The notes under the pieces were generated by a model that saw only the letters and a list, made by a program, of their open reading frames with translations, was not told the origin of the DNA and searched no databases. Below are positions 44,243 to 59,091 of a stretch of DNA of 64,000 nucleotides, in pieces (position 1 is the first letter of the stretch; each line of letters starts with the position of its first letter). This DNA comes from Eledone cirrhosa (Eukaryota): positions 85,312,001 to 85,376,000 of the forward strand of contig OZ024745.1 in the NCBI GenBank assembly GCA_964016885.1, written 5' to 3'. The position numbers and the translations under genes were made by a program.

Positions 44243-44432
44243 ATGTGTGTTTTTATTTTATTTTTCCTTTCATTCTTCCTTCTCCAGCCTCACTTTCATA
44301 TAGACAGCATTTTTGTTTTTAGAATCCAATATACACCAGGATTTTTCATTTTGATGCTTGAAAACAAAATTGTTTGCTTTTAAGAAACCACTGGTAAATG
44401 GAATAATTGCCTTATGTTGTTTATTACATAAC
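42510..44432. mobile_element. Hydra-clade-like PLE (H3): RT-thumb/GIY-YIG on minus (42510-43470), inverted 3' part on plus (43471-44432)
   Basis: IGLYRDDGL, NFLDI, CSCRKPDECPLQGKC, VVY..YVG; 43471-43550 is an inverted copy of ~42545-42617. Confidence 0.8.
44344..44403 (+). ncRNA. Degenerate hammerhead-like motif (core TTGATGC)
   Basis: TTTCATT-TTGATGC-TTGAAA..TTTTAA-GAA-ACCACTGGT-A-AATGGAA; stems intact, two core changes. Confidence 0.5.
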
Positions 44433-44562
44433 TATAATATATATATATATATAATATATAATATATATATATAATATATAATATATATATATATATAATA
44501 TATAATATATATATATAATATATAATATATATATATATATAATATATATATATATATAATAT

Positions 44563-44636
<74 letters not shown>

Positions 44637-44777
44637 ATATTATATATATATATATATATATACATATATATATAATATATATATTTATATATAATATATA
44701 TACATATATATATATAATATATAATATATATAATATAGATATATATATATAATATATATATATAATATATATATAAT

Positions 44778-44851
<74 letters not shown>

Positions 44852-44954
44852 TATATAATATATATATATAATATTTATATATATATATATAATATATATA
44901 TATATATATAATATATATATAATATATATATATAATATATATATATATAATTAA

Positions 44955-45268
44955 TGTTCAGAGCCATCCTCAGCATTCCCGTGTAGCATCCATCCACCAT
45001 CTGAATGAGCTCAAAAGTGACACAGAGGAGACTGAGGTTAGCTGGACATGCTCACAGACATCCAGAGTTGACATTGCGCTCAGTACTCCTTTGGGAGCCC
45101 CTACATGGACACACTAGAAGAGGAAGACCAAGGTTAACGTATGTTGATGCCCTCAGGACAGACACTGGTCTGTTGGAGACGCAGGACATGGCAGCGATAA
45201 TGAGGGACAGAGACCGCTGGAGAGAACTCGTCCATGGATCTCGGGAATTTTACCCGCCTTAGATAGAT
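44955..45268 (+). mobile_element. RTE-clade LINE 3' end
   Basis: RRLRLAGHAHR..RRGRPRLTYVD..DRDRWR C-terminus. Confidence 0.85.
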
Positions 45269-45332
45269 TGATATATATAATATATATATATATAATATAT
45301 ATATATATAATATATATATATAATATATATAT

Positions 45333-45809
45333 ATAAGTATGTATACGTACATACATATATGTATACAGACGCAGAGTAGTATGTATATATATACATACAT
45401 GCACACATATATATATATAACTATGTATACGTACATACATATATGTATACAGACCCACAGTAGTACGTATATATATACATACATGCACACATATATATAT
45501 ATAAGTATGTATACGTACATACATATATGTATACAGACGCACAGTATTATGTATATATATACATACATGCACACACATATATATGTACGTATGGATTTAC
45601 CGAACATTTATTATAATGTTCGGTTTGTTAGTAAACAAACATCCCGAATGAAGCCGTACAGTGTTTAGCAACCATCGTTGCCCTCTTGTTCAACACTGAC
45701 AAAGGAACGATGTACTAGTTTCAAGCTTATTAGCTATCGTCAGCACCGTACACCTTCCTGCCAGATGATTGAACGTCTGAAAGTATATACTTTCCTTATG
45801 CATATTAAC
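45333..45809 (-). mobile_element. Family B retrozyme-like copy with ~83-bp internal triplication; HHR at 45707-45749
   Basis: ACGGTG-CTGACGA-tAGCT aata AGCTt-GAA-ACTAGT-A-CATCGT. Confidence 0.78.
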
Positions 45810-46058
45810 AGAGTGACACAGAGGAGACTGAGGTTAGCTGGACATGCTCACCGACATTCAGAGTTGACATTGCACTCAGTGCTCCTTTGGGAGCGCCTAC
45901 ATGGACACACTAGAAGAGGAAGACCAAGGTTAACGTACGTTGATGCCCTAAGGACAGACACTGCTCTGTTGGAGACGCAGGACATGGCAGCGATAATGAG
46001 GGACAGAGACCGTTGGAGAGAACTCGTCCATGGATCTCGGGAATTTTACCCGCCTTAG
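45810..46058 (+). mobile_element. RTE-clade LINE 3' end, second copy
   Basis: Near-identical to 45016-45262. Confidence 0.85.
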
Positions 46059-46064
46059 AATATA

Positions 46065-46135
<71 letters not shown>

Positions 46136-46137
<2 letters not shown>

Positions 46138-46390
46138 TAATAATAATGAAATTGAAGACTAAGATCCAAAGAGGGCTCGATAAGGAAAATATATATCAAA
46201 TATATAAGAACCGTAGATAAGTTAAACTGGGAGATCTTAGCTAGGGCTAGATCGTATAACGGAAATAAAAGACCATGTGACCTCTGCGCCGCTGAGGCCC
46301 TGGAAATACTCTACGCTACAGACCACATCTTAAACAAAAAATCTGAGGCAATTTCGGCTTGTAAACATAAATTGCACAAAACTTTCTTTA
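46136..46390. mobile_element. Hydra-like PLE fragment (H4): inverted terminus plus GIY-YIG C-terminal coding piece
   Basis: ~46219-46386 (+) translates by hand to KLNWEILARARSYNGNKRPCDLCAAEALEIL..LNKKSEAISACKH. Confidence 0.75.
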
Positions 46391-46583
46391 TTTCTGTGCC
46401 TTTCCTTTCTTCTGTCCTACGCCATTTTGTTTCTGTGTGTGTGTGAACCAACCAACCAACCAGAAACTTATAGGTTTGTAGATTTGTAAATTTATAAATT
46501 TATAAATATATAATAAATTGAATTGAAAGCAACTGGTGCGTGTGTTTCTTATTGGCAACATGACCCTCCCAAAGTATAACAAT
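46391..46583. mobile_element. PLE2 pLTR fragment with 5' inversion
   Basis: Matches ~21612-21662 directly and 21397-21518 in inverted orientation. Confidence 0.8.
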
Positions 46584-46685
46584 ATAAATAATATATATAT
46601 AATATATATATATATAATATATATATATATAATATATATAATATATATATATATAATATATATATATATATAATATATATTTATA

Positions 46686-46761
<76 letters not shown>

Positions 46762-46874
46762 TATATATAATATATATATATATATAATATATATATAATA
46801 TATATATATATAATATATTATTACTATATAATATATATATATATATAATATATTATTACTATATAATTTATATA

Positions 46875-46970
46875 GGTTAACTTTGCCTTTCATCCTTATG
46901 GGGACGATAAAATAAAGTACCAGTAATACACTGGGTAATTGCTGGCCTTGTGCCAAAAGTAGAAACAATT
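46875..46970 (+). mobile_element. SINE family 1, 5'-truncated
   Basis: Reverse complement of 9047-9140. Confidence 0.8.
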
Positions 46971-47073
46971 ATTACTATATAATATATATATATATATAAT
47001 ATAATATAAATATATATATATAATATATAATATATATATATATAATATATAATATATATATATATAATATATA

Positions 47074-47181
<108 letters not shown>

Positions 47182-47456
47182 TATATCATAAAACATGTCT
47201 ATAGAATCACCAGATAAAATATATACCATTTCCTCTCCCAATTAGCATAATTAACTATATGAAAAATCGAATAGACCAGGCTATAAGAATAAGGCTTCTA
47301 TGAAGAAATCTCCAACAAATAACCGAAACTAGCCCTTCGCGTCGGCTACGACAGAATATTTATCGAATATTTCGACAGCGTAATCGCCCAGATACAGTCA
47401 ATTAAACAGAATTAGGTGTAAAATAAACTAGGCGAAAAGAGAATACATTTATTTAC

Positions 47457-47529
47457 CTCTACCATGGTTTCGTTCGCATTTTGAGATTTCCAATATCTTC
47501 GGAAATTCGAGCATCGGACTCTTCAGGAG
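47457..47529 (-). ncRNA. Type I hammerhead with 48-nt stem II domain, inside an otherwise unclassified ~535-bp insert (47187-47722)
   Basis: CTC-CTGAAGA-GTcCG...CGaAC-GAA-ACCATGGT-A-GAG. Confidence 0.68.
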
Positions 47530-47729
47530 TTTGCTCTAATCTAGACAATAAATTTTCCAAGGTGATCGCGCCAAGAATACATTCAAAAATGGCTACGAAT
47601 CGTGACGTAGCAGCGGTCAGGTTGGAATGAGTGTGGTAGTTACTTATGGCTGGTGGCTTTTTGCTAGAAAGCACAGCACAATACAGCCAAATTTGTATCT
47701 TAACCTAATGGGAGATTATTACATATAAA

Positions 47730-47813
<84 letters not shown>

Positions 47814-47853
47814 CGTGTTTTCAAAGTGACCCGTTGCAAAACACGTATATGTA

Positions 47854-47947
<94 letters not shown>

Positions 47948-47992
47948 TTTATATATATATATATATAAACCTTTATATATATATATATATAT

Positions 47993-50192
47993 AAACAAAC
48001 ATAAATTATCGAGATTCATATTTCGGTCCACGAAATAACGAAAAACAACCTCTGAGAGGTGAGGCACGTGCAGGTAAAATCCAGTATTTGGGATTCTGCG
48101 GCTCCTAAATCAAGTACCGTCCGCTTACATATATAATGTCAGGCTTCTGGTAAGATGATTGAACAAGGAAGCTACTTTCTCAACAGGTTTTAATTCAATA
48201 TTAATATAAGGACTGACTATTGCTGACTCCACGTGGGGATCGGCAAGGGAGGCAGCCCCTATATCAGGGGAATAAATTCAGTTGTGTATATTTTTGCAAG
48301 AATGCAAAAAACATCACAAATCGAATAGAGTTCTCAGAAGGGTTAAAATTAACATAAGCTATTCATCAATCAGTAGAATCAACTAAAAAATCAAGAAAAT
48401 TAACTGGTCAATATCTAGAGTCTGGAGATAAATACAAACATAAATTATCGAGATTCGGATTTCAGTCAACGAAATAACGAAAGACAACCTCTGAGAGGTG
48501 AGGCAAGAGCTCAATGATTCAGATGAACCATAGCTATAACAAACGTTAAAGGCCAAACACACTGAGACGATGGTTAAACAATCATTCGCATAGCCAAAAA
48601 AACGATCAAGTAATTCGGGTATTAAAAATTTACCCGGACCCCTGGAAGGTTGGTAAAATCCAGCATTTGGGTTTCTGCGGCTTCTAAATCAAGTACCGTC
48701 CGCTTACATAAATAATGTCAGGCTTCTGGTAAGATGATTGAACAAGGAAGCCACTTTCTCAACAGGTTTTAGTTCAATGTTAATACAAGGACTGACTACT
48801 GCTGACTCCACGTGGGGATCGGCAAGGGAGGCAGCCCCTATATCAGGGGAATAAATTCAGTTGTGTATATTTTTGCAAGAATGCAAAAAACATCACAAAT
48901 CGAATAGAGTTCTCAGAAGGGTTAAAATTAACATAAGCTATTCATCAGTCAATAGAATCAACTAAAAAAATCAAGAAAATTAACTGGTCAATAGCTAGAG
49001 TCTGGAGATAAATACAAACATAAATTATCGAGATTCGCATTTCGGCCCACGAAATAACGAAAAACAACCTCCGAGATGTGAGGCAAGTGCTCAATGATTC
49101 AGATGAACCAGAGTTATAACAAACGTTAAAGGCCAAACACACTGAGACGATGGTTAAACAATCATTCGCATAGCCAAAAAAACGATCAAGTAATTCGGGT
49201 ATTGAAAATTTACCCGGACCCCTGGAAGGTTGGTAAAATCCAGTATTTGGGTTTCTGCGGCTCCTAAATCAAGTACCGTCCGCTTACATAAATAATGTCA
49301 AGCTTCTGGTAAGATGATTGAACAAGGAAGCCACTTTCTCAACAGGTTTTAGTTCAACGTTAATACAAGGACTGACTATTGCTGACTCCACGTGGGGATC
49401 GGCAAGGGAGGCAGCCCCTATATCAGGCGAATAAATTCAGTTGTGTATATTTTTGCAGAATGCAAAAACATCACAAATCGAATAGAGTTCTCAACAGAAG
49501 GGTTACAAATAACATATGCTATTCATCAGTCAATAGAACAACTAAAAAATCAAGAAAATTAACTGGTCAATAGCTAGAGTCTGGAGATATATACAAACAT
49601 AAATTATCGAGATTCGCATTTCGGCCCACGAAATAACGACAAACAACCTCCGAGATGTGAGGCAAGTGCTCAATGATTCAGATGAACCAGAGTTATAACA
49701 AACGTTAAAGGCCAAACACACTGAGACGATGGTTAAACAATCATTCGCATAGCCAAAAAATAATCAAGTGATTTGGGTATTCAAAATTTACCCGGACCAC
49801 TGGAAGGTAGGTAAAATCAAGTATTTGAGTTCTGCGGCGCCTAAATCAAGTACCGTCCGCTTACATAAATAATGTCAGGCTTCTGGTAAGATGATTGAAC
49901 AAGGAAGCCACTTTCTCAACAGGTTTTAGTTCAATGTTAATACAAGGACTGACTATTGCTGACCCCACGTGGGGATCGGCAAGGGAGGCAGCCCCTATAT
50001 CAGGCGAATAAATTCAGTTGTGTATATCTTTGCAAGAATGCAAAAACATCATAAATCGAATAGAGTTCTCAACAGAAGGGTTAAAATTTACATAAGCTAT
50101 TCATCAGTCAATAAAATCAACTAAAAAATCAAGAAAATTAACTGGTCAATAGCTAGAGTCGGGAGATAAATAGAAACATAAATTATCGAGAT
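47993..50192 (+). repeat. Tandem repeat, ~580-bp unit, ~3.8 copies (first internally deleted)
   Basis: AAACATAAATTATCGAGAT recurs at ~47997, 48436, 49016, 49595 and 50173. Confidence 0.92.
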
Positions 50193-50255
50193 ACTCTAAG
50201 TTTTGAGTACTTTGTTGCGTTATGGTCCATCTGGTTTCTTACCACATTTCCTTCG

Positions 50256-50342
<87 letters not shown>

Positions 50343-50464
50343 GTATATATATTATATATATATATAATATATATATAATATATATAATATATATATATAT
50401 ATAATATATATATTTATAATTTATAATATATATATATATATTATATATATATATAATATATATA

Positions 50465-50526
<62 letters not shown>

Positions 50527-50584
50527 TATATATATAATATATATATATATATATAATATATATATATATAATATATATATATAT

Positions 50585-53500
50585 TTTTTCTTTTCTTTTC
50601 TTTTTTTTTCTATTACCTGTTTCAGCCATCTGGTTGAGGCCATGCTGGAGCACCGCCCTTATTGCTACACATTTTCTCTGTAGCCTGTATAGTTTGGCCA
50701 CTGGTGTAAGAGGGGGTTTGTTGCTGCTGCCCTTAGGTTTCCCTCGTGACTTGCTGTGGGCTCATCCGGGATCCTGGATAACATGGTGTCGAGATGTTTC
50801 TTGAAGACATCCACCTCACGTCATGCAAATCTCTCAGATCCCTCGGCAGATTGTTGAAGAGTTGAGGGACTTGAATCCCAGGCTATTGCAATACCTGCTC
50901 CTTATTCTAGATGTGGAAGAGGGGACCTTTGGCACCACACAGTGACGTCCTGTTCGACCGTTTGTCCAGCTCCCAATGCCAAAGTTTTGTGCTAGTCCCT
51001 CCAGGATTTTCCACATGTAGATCACTGCGTATCTCTCCCGTCTTCGCTCCAAGGAGTATAGGTTCAGTTCCTTTAGCCTCTCCCAGTAGCTTGTCTCCCT
51101 CATCTTGGCAATCCTCTTGGTGTAGCTTCGCTGGATTGCCTCAAGCTCCGTGGTTAGTTTGACACTATGGGGTGACCACAACTGGGAGCAGTAGTCCAGG
51201 CGGCTTAGGACAAATGTCCTCCATAGTTTCAACATGGTGTCTCGATCTCTTGTCCGGAAAGTCCTCAAGATCCACCCAGCGAGTCGTCTGCACATTGTCG
51301 CCACTTTCATGATATGTGAAGAAAAAGATGCATCATCGCTCATGTCTATGCCCAGGTCTCGTATAGATTTTGACACGGGATATCGGTCCCTCCTGTCCTG
51401 TGTAGTTGTGTTGTACTATATTTGTGTTTGCAGGTTTATTTGGAGGTTTGTATTGTAGGGCTTGGAATTTGCCAGCATTAAACTGCATGTTGTTTTCTTC
51501 CGCCCATTTGTATATGGCATCCAGATCCTGCTGTAAAAGGGCAGCGTCAGCCGGGTTTTTGATTGCCTGTGCTACCTTAGTGTCATCAGCATAGCTAGTG
51601 AGGGATGTTGTTGTATGTACTGCAGAGGGCATGTCTGAGAGAGCCACCAAAAACAGTAGTGGGCCCAGGACTGTCCCCTGGGGCACCCCACTTGTTGTTG
51701 GTGTTTCCTTTGAGAGAGCCCCATTTGCTGCGACTGCCTGGCTTCTGTCCTTTCGGAAGTCTTGCAGCCACTCACCTACTTTTCCAGTTATGCCGAGTCC
51801 GTGTAGTTTGTGACATATCATTCCGTGGTCGACCTTGTCGAAGGCCTTCGCAAAGTCAAGATATATCACGTCGACATGTGAGCTGTCTAGTAGTTGTTTC
51901 AGTACCCAGTCGTAGTGATGTAGCAGCTGTGTAAGGCAGCTTCTTCCTGGGCGGAAGCCATGTTGCGTGCTAGTCAGGCGGTCATTTTCCTCGAGGAAAG
52001 TGATCAGTTTCTTTCTGACGACTCGCTCCATGACCTTACTGATATGCGATGTCAGGGAGACTGGCCTATAGCTATTGGCCTCCGCTCTGCTACCTCCTTT
52101 ATGGATAGGGCATATCGTGCCATCTTTCAGCTCCCTGGGTAGTACACCGCTAGCCAAGGAGCTTCTGAAGAGCATCTTCAGTGGAGTTGCTAAGGCCCGC
52201 TTACATATTTTTAGGAGAACTGCTGGGAATCCATCAGGTCCAGCAGTCGAGTCTGTTCTAATTTCATCAATGGCATACACCACATCCTTCTCCGTTATGT
52301 CTATGTGGTAATGGCTGCCATTTCTTGATGTAGTGTTGTGGCATCAAAGAACTCCTCTGGCTTCGTTATTTGCATGTGCCTCAGTGGACATGTGAACACA
52401 CTTTTGTACTGTTCGTTCAGTATTTCACATATCTCTTGGGGGTTTTCGGTTAATGAACCGTCCGTATGGAAGAGTGGCCCAATCTTGCAGTATACTGAGG
52501 CAGTTTCTTTTGCAAATTTAAAGAAGGCCTTAGGGTTTGTTTTAATGTTTTCTATGGCCCTGTTCTCTTTCTTTGCCCTCTCATTCTCATGGGAAAGCTT
52601 GAGTGCAATCTCGGTGCCAAGTAATGCACATTTCAAATAGGATACCTTTTTGTTTTTGTTTCGTTGACGATTAAACTGGCTTGAGAGTTTGGTTCTACGT
52701 CTCATAAGGATTTTCCTATCTCTGGGAATAAGATTTTTGTGTCTGTTTGCCTTTTTCTCCGGGACAAACGTTTTGCATATAGTGTGTATCGTTGTCATGA
52801 AGTGTTGAAATTGTGTGTTAGTGTCTTGTGTGGCGGTGTTTTCACTCCATGTTTGCTTCCAGATTTCTCTCTTAATCTTTTTCCATTTAGCCTTGTAGAA
52901 GTTAAGGCTGGATAACGTCCCGGAGCTTCTTGATGGTTTTATCTCTGTTGGTTATCTTGGACCACATATCATTAGCTCTACTAAGTTATGATCCGAGAGA
53001 ATTGTTGGTGTCACCTTTACATTGTGGATGAGCACTTCGTTGTTTGTAAAACAGAGGTCCAGGACATTTTCGCCTCTTGTTGGGAGGAGTATTGCTTGCT
53101 CCATTAACAGCCTGTGTGTGAGGGCCAGCAGGGATTCCGTCTGCCTCTGTTCTATTGACGTCATTCCAGGGAGGAGGTGGCCCTCGGGCCATTAGAGCTT
53201 TCGTAGGTTGAAGTCTCCCAGCAGTGGAATGTTGAGACCCTTGTCCAGTTTGTCAAGGACCTCTTCTATCCTACTTAGGCTATCCTCAAATTTACCCTCA
53301 TGACTGGGGGCATCGGGCGGCCGATATGTGACACATATTACTGTTTGTAGTTGCTTCATATGTACTATCAGTGTGTCACAGACTGAGTTTGAATGTGTCA
53401 ACAGTACAATTGGTGTGACATGTTCACGGATATACAGAGCAACCCCACCATGAGTTCTCTCCTTCCTGTCCCAACGAAATACAGTATATTTCGGTATATG

Positions 53501-54309
53501 TATTTCTGCATCTGCTATACTGCTTGTCAGGTGCGTTTCGGTTAGTGCCATGCATAATGCTTGATTGCTTATGGCTAAGTCTCCCAGGTAGGAAATTTTA
53601 CTCATGTTACTGGGTTTCACCAGGCCTCTGACATTCAGTAGCAGCACTGGTGTGACCTTTGGCGTGCCAGTAATGGCTGTCGGTATGACACCTGGTCTGG
53701 TGTCAGCGGCGGCCATTCTGGGTCTTTTAGATGTGGTGGTCTCGAGTGCTGGTGTGGGTGACCCTGGCTCTGGAGACGATGTAGCCAGGTCAGTTGTCCC
53801 ACAATCTTCTCTGCCATCACCAAAAAATTGTTCTGCTCTGCTGCTGCCATCTGTATTTCGTCGGCATGTGCGTGCTTTCTCCTTGTTGGTGCGGCACGCG
53901 CGACGTCAGCATACTTCTGGAGCGGCTTATTTCGGTTTTGGCTGGGTCATGTTGCGCGAGTATGATGGGCATAATTCGTTTGAGACCTGGAGTTGGCGAA
54001 TCTGCATCCCATCCCTGTCTCTCCATGCCAGCATGTCCCGTTCTTGAAAAACTTGCACATTACTTGGGTTTTTTGGCTCCCAGTGTCCCGGTGCTTTCTG
54101 TTCTTCCTTTGAACAGTTGTCCACTGGTCCCTCTGCGCTTGGTTCTCCTTCGGAAGGTGATTTCGCTTTTCATTTTTGCTCTTTGATTGTTGGTTGCCCG
54201 GCCTGCCCTCCCTGACTGTGGCGGAGGGTATCTCATTTTCTTTCAGGTCCGTTCTTGTGCTCTCCTCCTTTTCTTTTTCCTTCTCCCTCTCCTCTCCCTT
54301 CTCTTCGGT
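50585..54309 (-). mobile_element. CR1-group LINE copy 2, frameshifted
   Basis: Colinear with 36085-39797; ORFs 53192-53716 (APE) and 51333-52283 (RT). Confidence 0.92.
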
Positions 54310-54350
54310 ATATATTATATATATATATATATATATTATATATAGATATA

Positions 54351-54392
<42 letters not shown>

Positions 54393-54534
54393 GTATATAT
54401 ATACATTATATATATATATATATTATATATATATATATATTATATATATATATTATATATATATATTATATATATATATATATTATATATATATATTATA
54501 TATATATATATATTATATATATATAATATATATG

Positions 54535-54603
<69 letters not shown>

Positions 54604-54604
54604 G

Positions 54605-54653
<49 letters not shown>

Positions 54654-54654
54654 A

Positions 54655-54780
54655 CTGTTTCTACATTTTGCACAAGGCCAGCAATTACCCAGTGTATTAC
54701 TGGTACTTTATTTTATCGACCCCGAAAGGATGAAAGGCAAAGTTACCCTCGGCGGGATTTGAACTCAGAATGGCAAGGAC
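54655..54780 (-). mobile_element. SINE family 1, partial
   Basis: Matches ~9048-9170 including the B box. Confidence 0.8.
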
Positions 54781-54782
54781 CA

Positions 54783-54820
<38 letters not shown>

Positions 54821-54920
54821 AAATATTATAAAAAGGAATAATAGCTACAATATACCTATTTTTATATATATATAATATATATATATTAAATATATATATA
54901 TATATACAATATATATATAT

Positions 54921-55270
54921 ATAAGTATGTATACGTACATACATATATGTATACAGACGCATAGTAGTATGTATATACATACATGCACACATATATATAT
55001 GTACGTATGGATTTACCGAACATTTATTATAATGCTCGGTTTGTTTGTAAACAAACATCCCGAATTTAGCCGTACAGTGTTTAGCAACCATCGTTGCCCT
55101 CTTCTTCAACACTGACAAAGGAACGATGTACTAGTTTCAAGCTTATTAGCTATCGTCAGCACCGTACGCCTTCCTGCCAGATGATTGAACGTCTGAAAGT
55201 ATATACTTTCCTTATGCATATTAAGGGCTGAACAGTGAGTTAGAAATGAAATTTCGTTTCATTTTTTCCA
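54921..55270 (-). mobile_element. Family B retrozyme-like copy; HHR at 55123-55165
   Basis: Same HHR as 45707-45749. Confidence 0.78.
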
Positions 55271-55730
55271 TATACATCTATAATATATATATATATATAT
55301 ATAATATATATATATATATAATATATATATATATAATATATATCTATATATATATATAATAGTTAAAAGAATAGAGGTGTAACACACAAGTTATTATTTA
55401 TTGGTAAACGGAATAGAAAATTCTGACAAATTGTTCACAGTTGAAAAATGGTTTAATTAGGAATAAAAGAGTATTAGTGATTGTATGGGTTAGTATTCAG
55501 TTGTGGTTTTAAGTTTTTAAGTTTTTACCGGTTGCGCATTTCTAAATGCTTTTCAAAAATAATTTTGAGATAGAGTGTCCGTGCTGTTTGCTCTGATCTC
55601 ATATATATATATAATATATATATATATATAATATATATATATAATATATATATATATATAATATATATATATATATAATATATATATATATATAATATAT
55701 ATATATATATAATATATATATATATATAAT

Positions 55731-55775
<45 letters not shown>

Positions 55776-56466
55776 ATATATATATATGTAATATATATAT
55801 ATAATATATAATATATATATATAATATATTAATATATATATATAATATATATATATATATAATATATATATATATATAATATATATATTTATATAATATA
55901 TATATATATAATATATAAAATATATATAATATATATATATATATATATAATATATATATATAATATATATATATATATATTATATATATATATGTAATAT
56001 ATATAAAATATATATATATATATATAATATATATATATATATTATATATATATAATATATATATATATATAATATATAGTTATAATATATATATATATAA
56101 TATATATATATATATAATATATATATATATAATATATATATATATAATATATATATATATAATATATATATAATATATATATATAATATATATATAATAT
56201 ATATATATATATAATATATATATAATATATATATAATATATATATAATATATATATATATTATATATATATATATAATATATATATATATATATAATATT
56301 TATATATATATATAATATATATATATAAAATATATATATATAGAATATATATATATATATATATATAATATATATTTATTATTACTATATATATATTTAC
56401 TATATAATGTATTATTACTATATAATATATATATATATAATATATATATATATATATAATATATAT

Positions 56467-56509
<43 letters not shown>

Positions 56510-56705
56510 TATATATATATAATATATATATATAATATATATATATATAATAAATATTTATATATATATAATATAAATATATATATGTAATATATAATAT
56601 ATATATATAATATAATATATATATATATATAATATATATATATATATATAATATATAATATATTTATATATAATATATATATATATATAATATATATATA
56701 TATAA

Positions 56706-57072
56706 ATATGTATACGTACATACATATATGTATACAGAAGCACAGTATTATGTATATATATAGTTACATGCACACATATATATATGTACGTATGGATTTA
56801 CCGTACATTTATTATAATGCTCGGTTTGTTTGTAAACACACATCCCGAATGAAGCCGTACAGTATTTAGCAACCATCGTTGCCCTCTTGTTCAACACTCA
56901 CAAAGGAACGATGTACTAGTTTCAAGCTTATTAGCTATCGTCAGCACCGTACACCTTCCTGCCAGATGATTGAACATCTGAAAGTATATACTTTCCTTAT
57001 GTATATGAACGGCTGAACAGCCCAATTTGCATAACGAGTGAGTTAGAAATGAAATTTCGTTTCATTTTTTCC
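56706..57072 (-). mobile_element. Family B retrozyme-like copy; HHR at 56908-56950
   Basis: Same HHR as 45707-45749. Confidence 0.78.
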
Positions 57073-57097
57073 ATATATATACATAATATATATATAT

Positions 57098-57194
<97 letters not shown>

Positions 57195-57393
57195 ATATAA
57201 TATATATAATATAATATAATATATATATATATAATATATAATATATATATATAATATATAATATATATATATAATATATAATATATATATATATGTATAA
57301 TATATATATATAATATATATATATAATAGATATATATATATAATATATATGTATATATATATTATATATATATATATCTAAGATATATATAAT

Positions 57394-57424
<31 letters not shown>

Positions 57425-57671
57425 TTATGTAATATATATCAAATAAATATATATAATATATATATATGTATAATATATATATATATATAATATATATATA
57501 TAAAATATATTATCCTTAATGCTTTTCTATATATAAAATATATATATAGTTATAATATATATATATATATATAATATATATATATATATAATATATATAT
57601 ATAATATATATATATAAAATATATATATATTATATACATATTTAATATATATATATAATATATATATATAT

Positions 57672-57749
<78 letters not shown>

Positions 57750-57952
57750 TATATTTAATATATATATATAAAATATATATATAATATATATTTATTATTA
57801 CTATATATATATTTACTATATAATATATTATTACTATATAATATATATATATATATATAATATATATATATATATATAATATATAAATATATATATATAT
57901 AAAACATATAGTTATAATATATATATATATATAATATATATATATATAATAT

Positions 57953-57997
<45 letters not shown>

Positions 57998-58068
57998 TAT
58001 AATATATATATATAATATTTATATATTATATATATATATAATATATATATATAATATATATATAATAT

Positions 58069-58102
<34 letters not shown>

Positions 58103-58414
58103 ATATATATATATTTAATATATATATATAAAATATATATATATAAAATATATATATGATATATATATATCTAAGATATATATAATATATATATATTATA
58201 TATATATACATTTATGTAATATATATCAAATAAATATATATAATATATATATATGTATAATATATATATATATATATATAATATATATATATAATATATA
58301 TATATATATAATATATATATAGTTATAATATATATATATATATATAATATATATATATATAATATATATATAATATATATATATATAATATATATATATG
58401 ATATATATATATAT

Positions 58415-58494
<80 letters not shown>

Positions 58495-58515
58495 TATATT
58501 TAATATATATATATA

Positions 58516-58549
<34 letters not shown>

Positions 58550-58661
58550 ATATATATTTATTATTACTATATATATATTTACTATATAATATCTTATTAC
58601 TATATAATACATATATATATAATATATATATATATATAATACATATATATATATAATATAT

Positions 58662-58695
<34 letters not shown>

Positions 58696-58746
58696 ATATA
58701 TAGTTATAATATATATATATATATAATATATATATATATAATATAT

Positions 58747-58789
<43 letters not shown>

Positions 58790-58853
58790 TATAATATATA
58801 TATATATATATTATATATATATATATAATATATATATAATATATATATAATAT

Positions 58854-58900
<47 letters not shown>

Positions 58901-59040
58901 TATATTAAATATATATATATAAAATATAAATATATAAAATATATATATAATATATACGTTATTCCGGGTTGAATCGGAGGTAACCACAGTAAGTAAGGTA
59001 CTCAATACATAGCAGAGTATAAAAGTTTTAATATAGATGA

Positions 59041-59089
59041 GATTCTACAGGACTAGAACTGTTTCATTCATTAGAAATCATCAGGAATC
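59041..59089 (-). ncRNA. Type I hammerhead ribozyme (left member of a palindromic pair)
   Basis: GATTC-CTGATGA-tTTC taat GAAt-GAA-ACAG ttctagtc CTGT-A-GAATC. Confidence 0.8.
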
Positions 59090-59091
59090 AG

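Noticed and set aside
48890-48955. CTGATGA on the minus strand of the 580-bp unit
   Set aside because: No correctly placed GAAA, NUH or stem I partner
49380-49440. GCAGCCCCT..TCAGGCGAAT resembling an HDV/CPEB3-like ribozyme in the 580-bp repeat
   Set aside because: No P2 or P3 pairing could be built, and GCGAA is not conserved in all units
55341-55600. Unique non-coding insert (also 27817-28100 and 14437-14791)
   Set aside because: No ORF, ribozyme, Pol III boxes or in-window homolog could be supported
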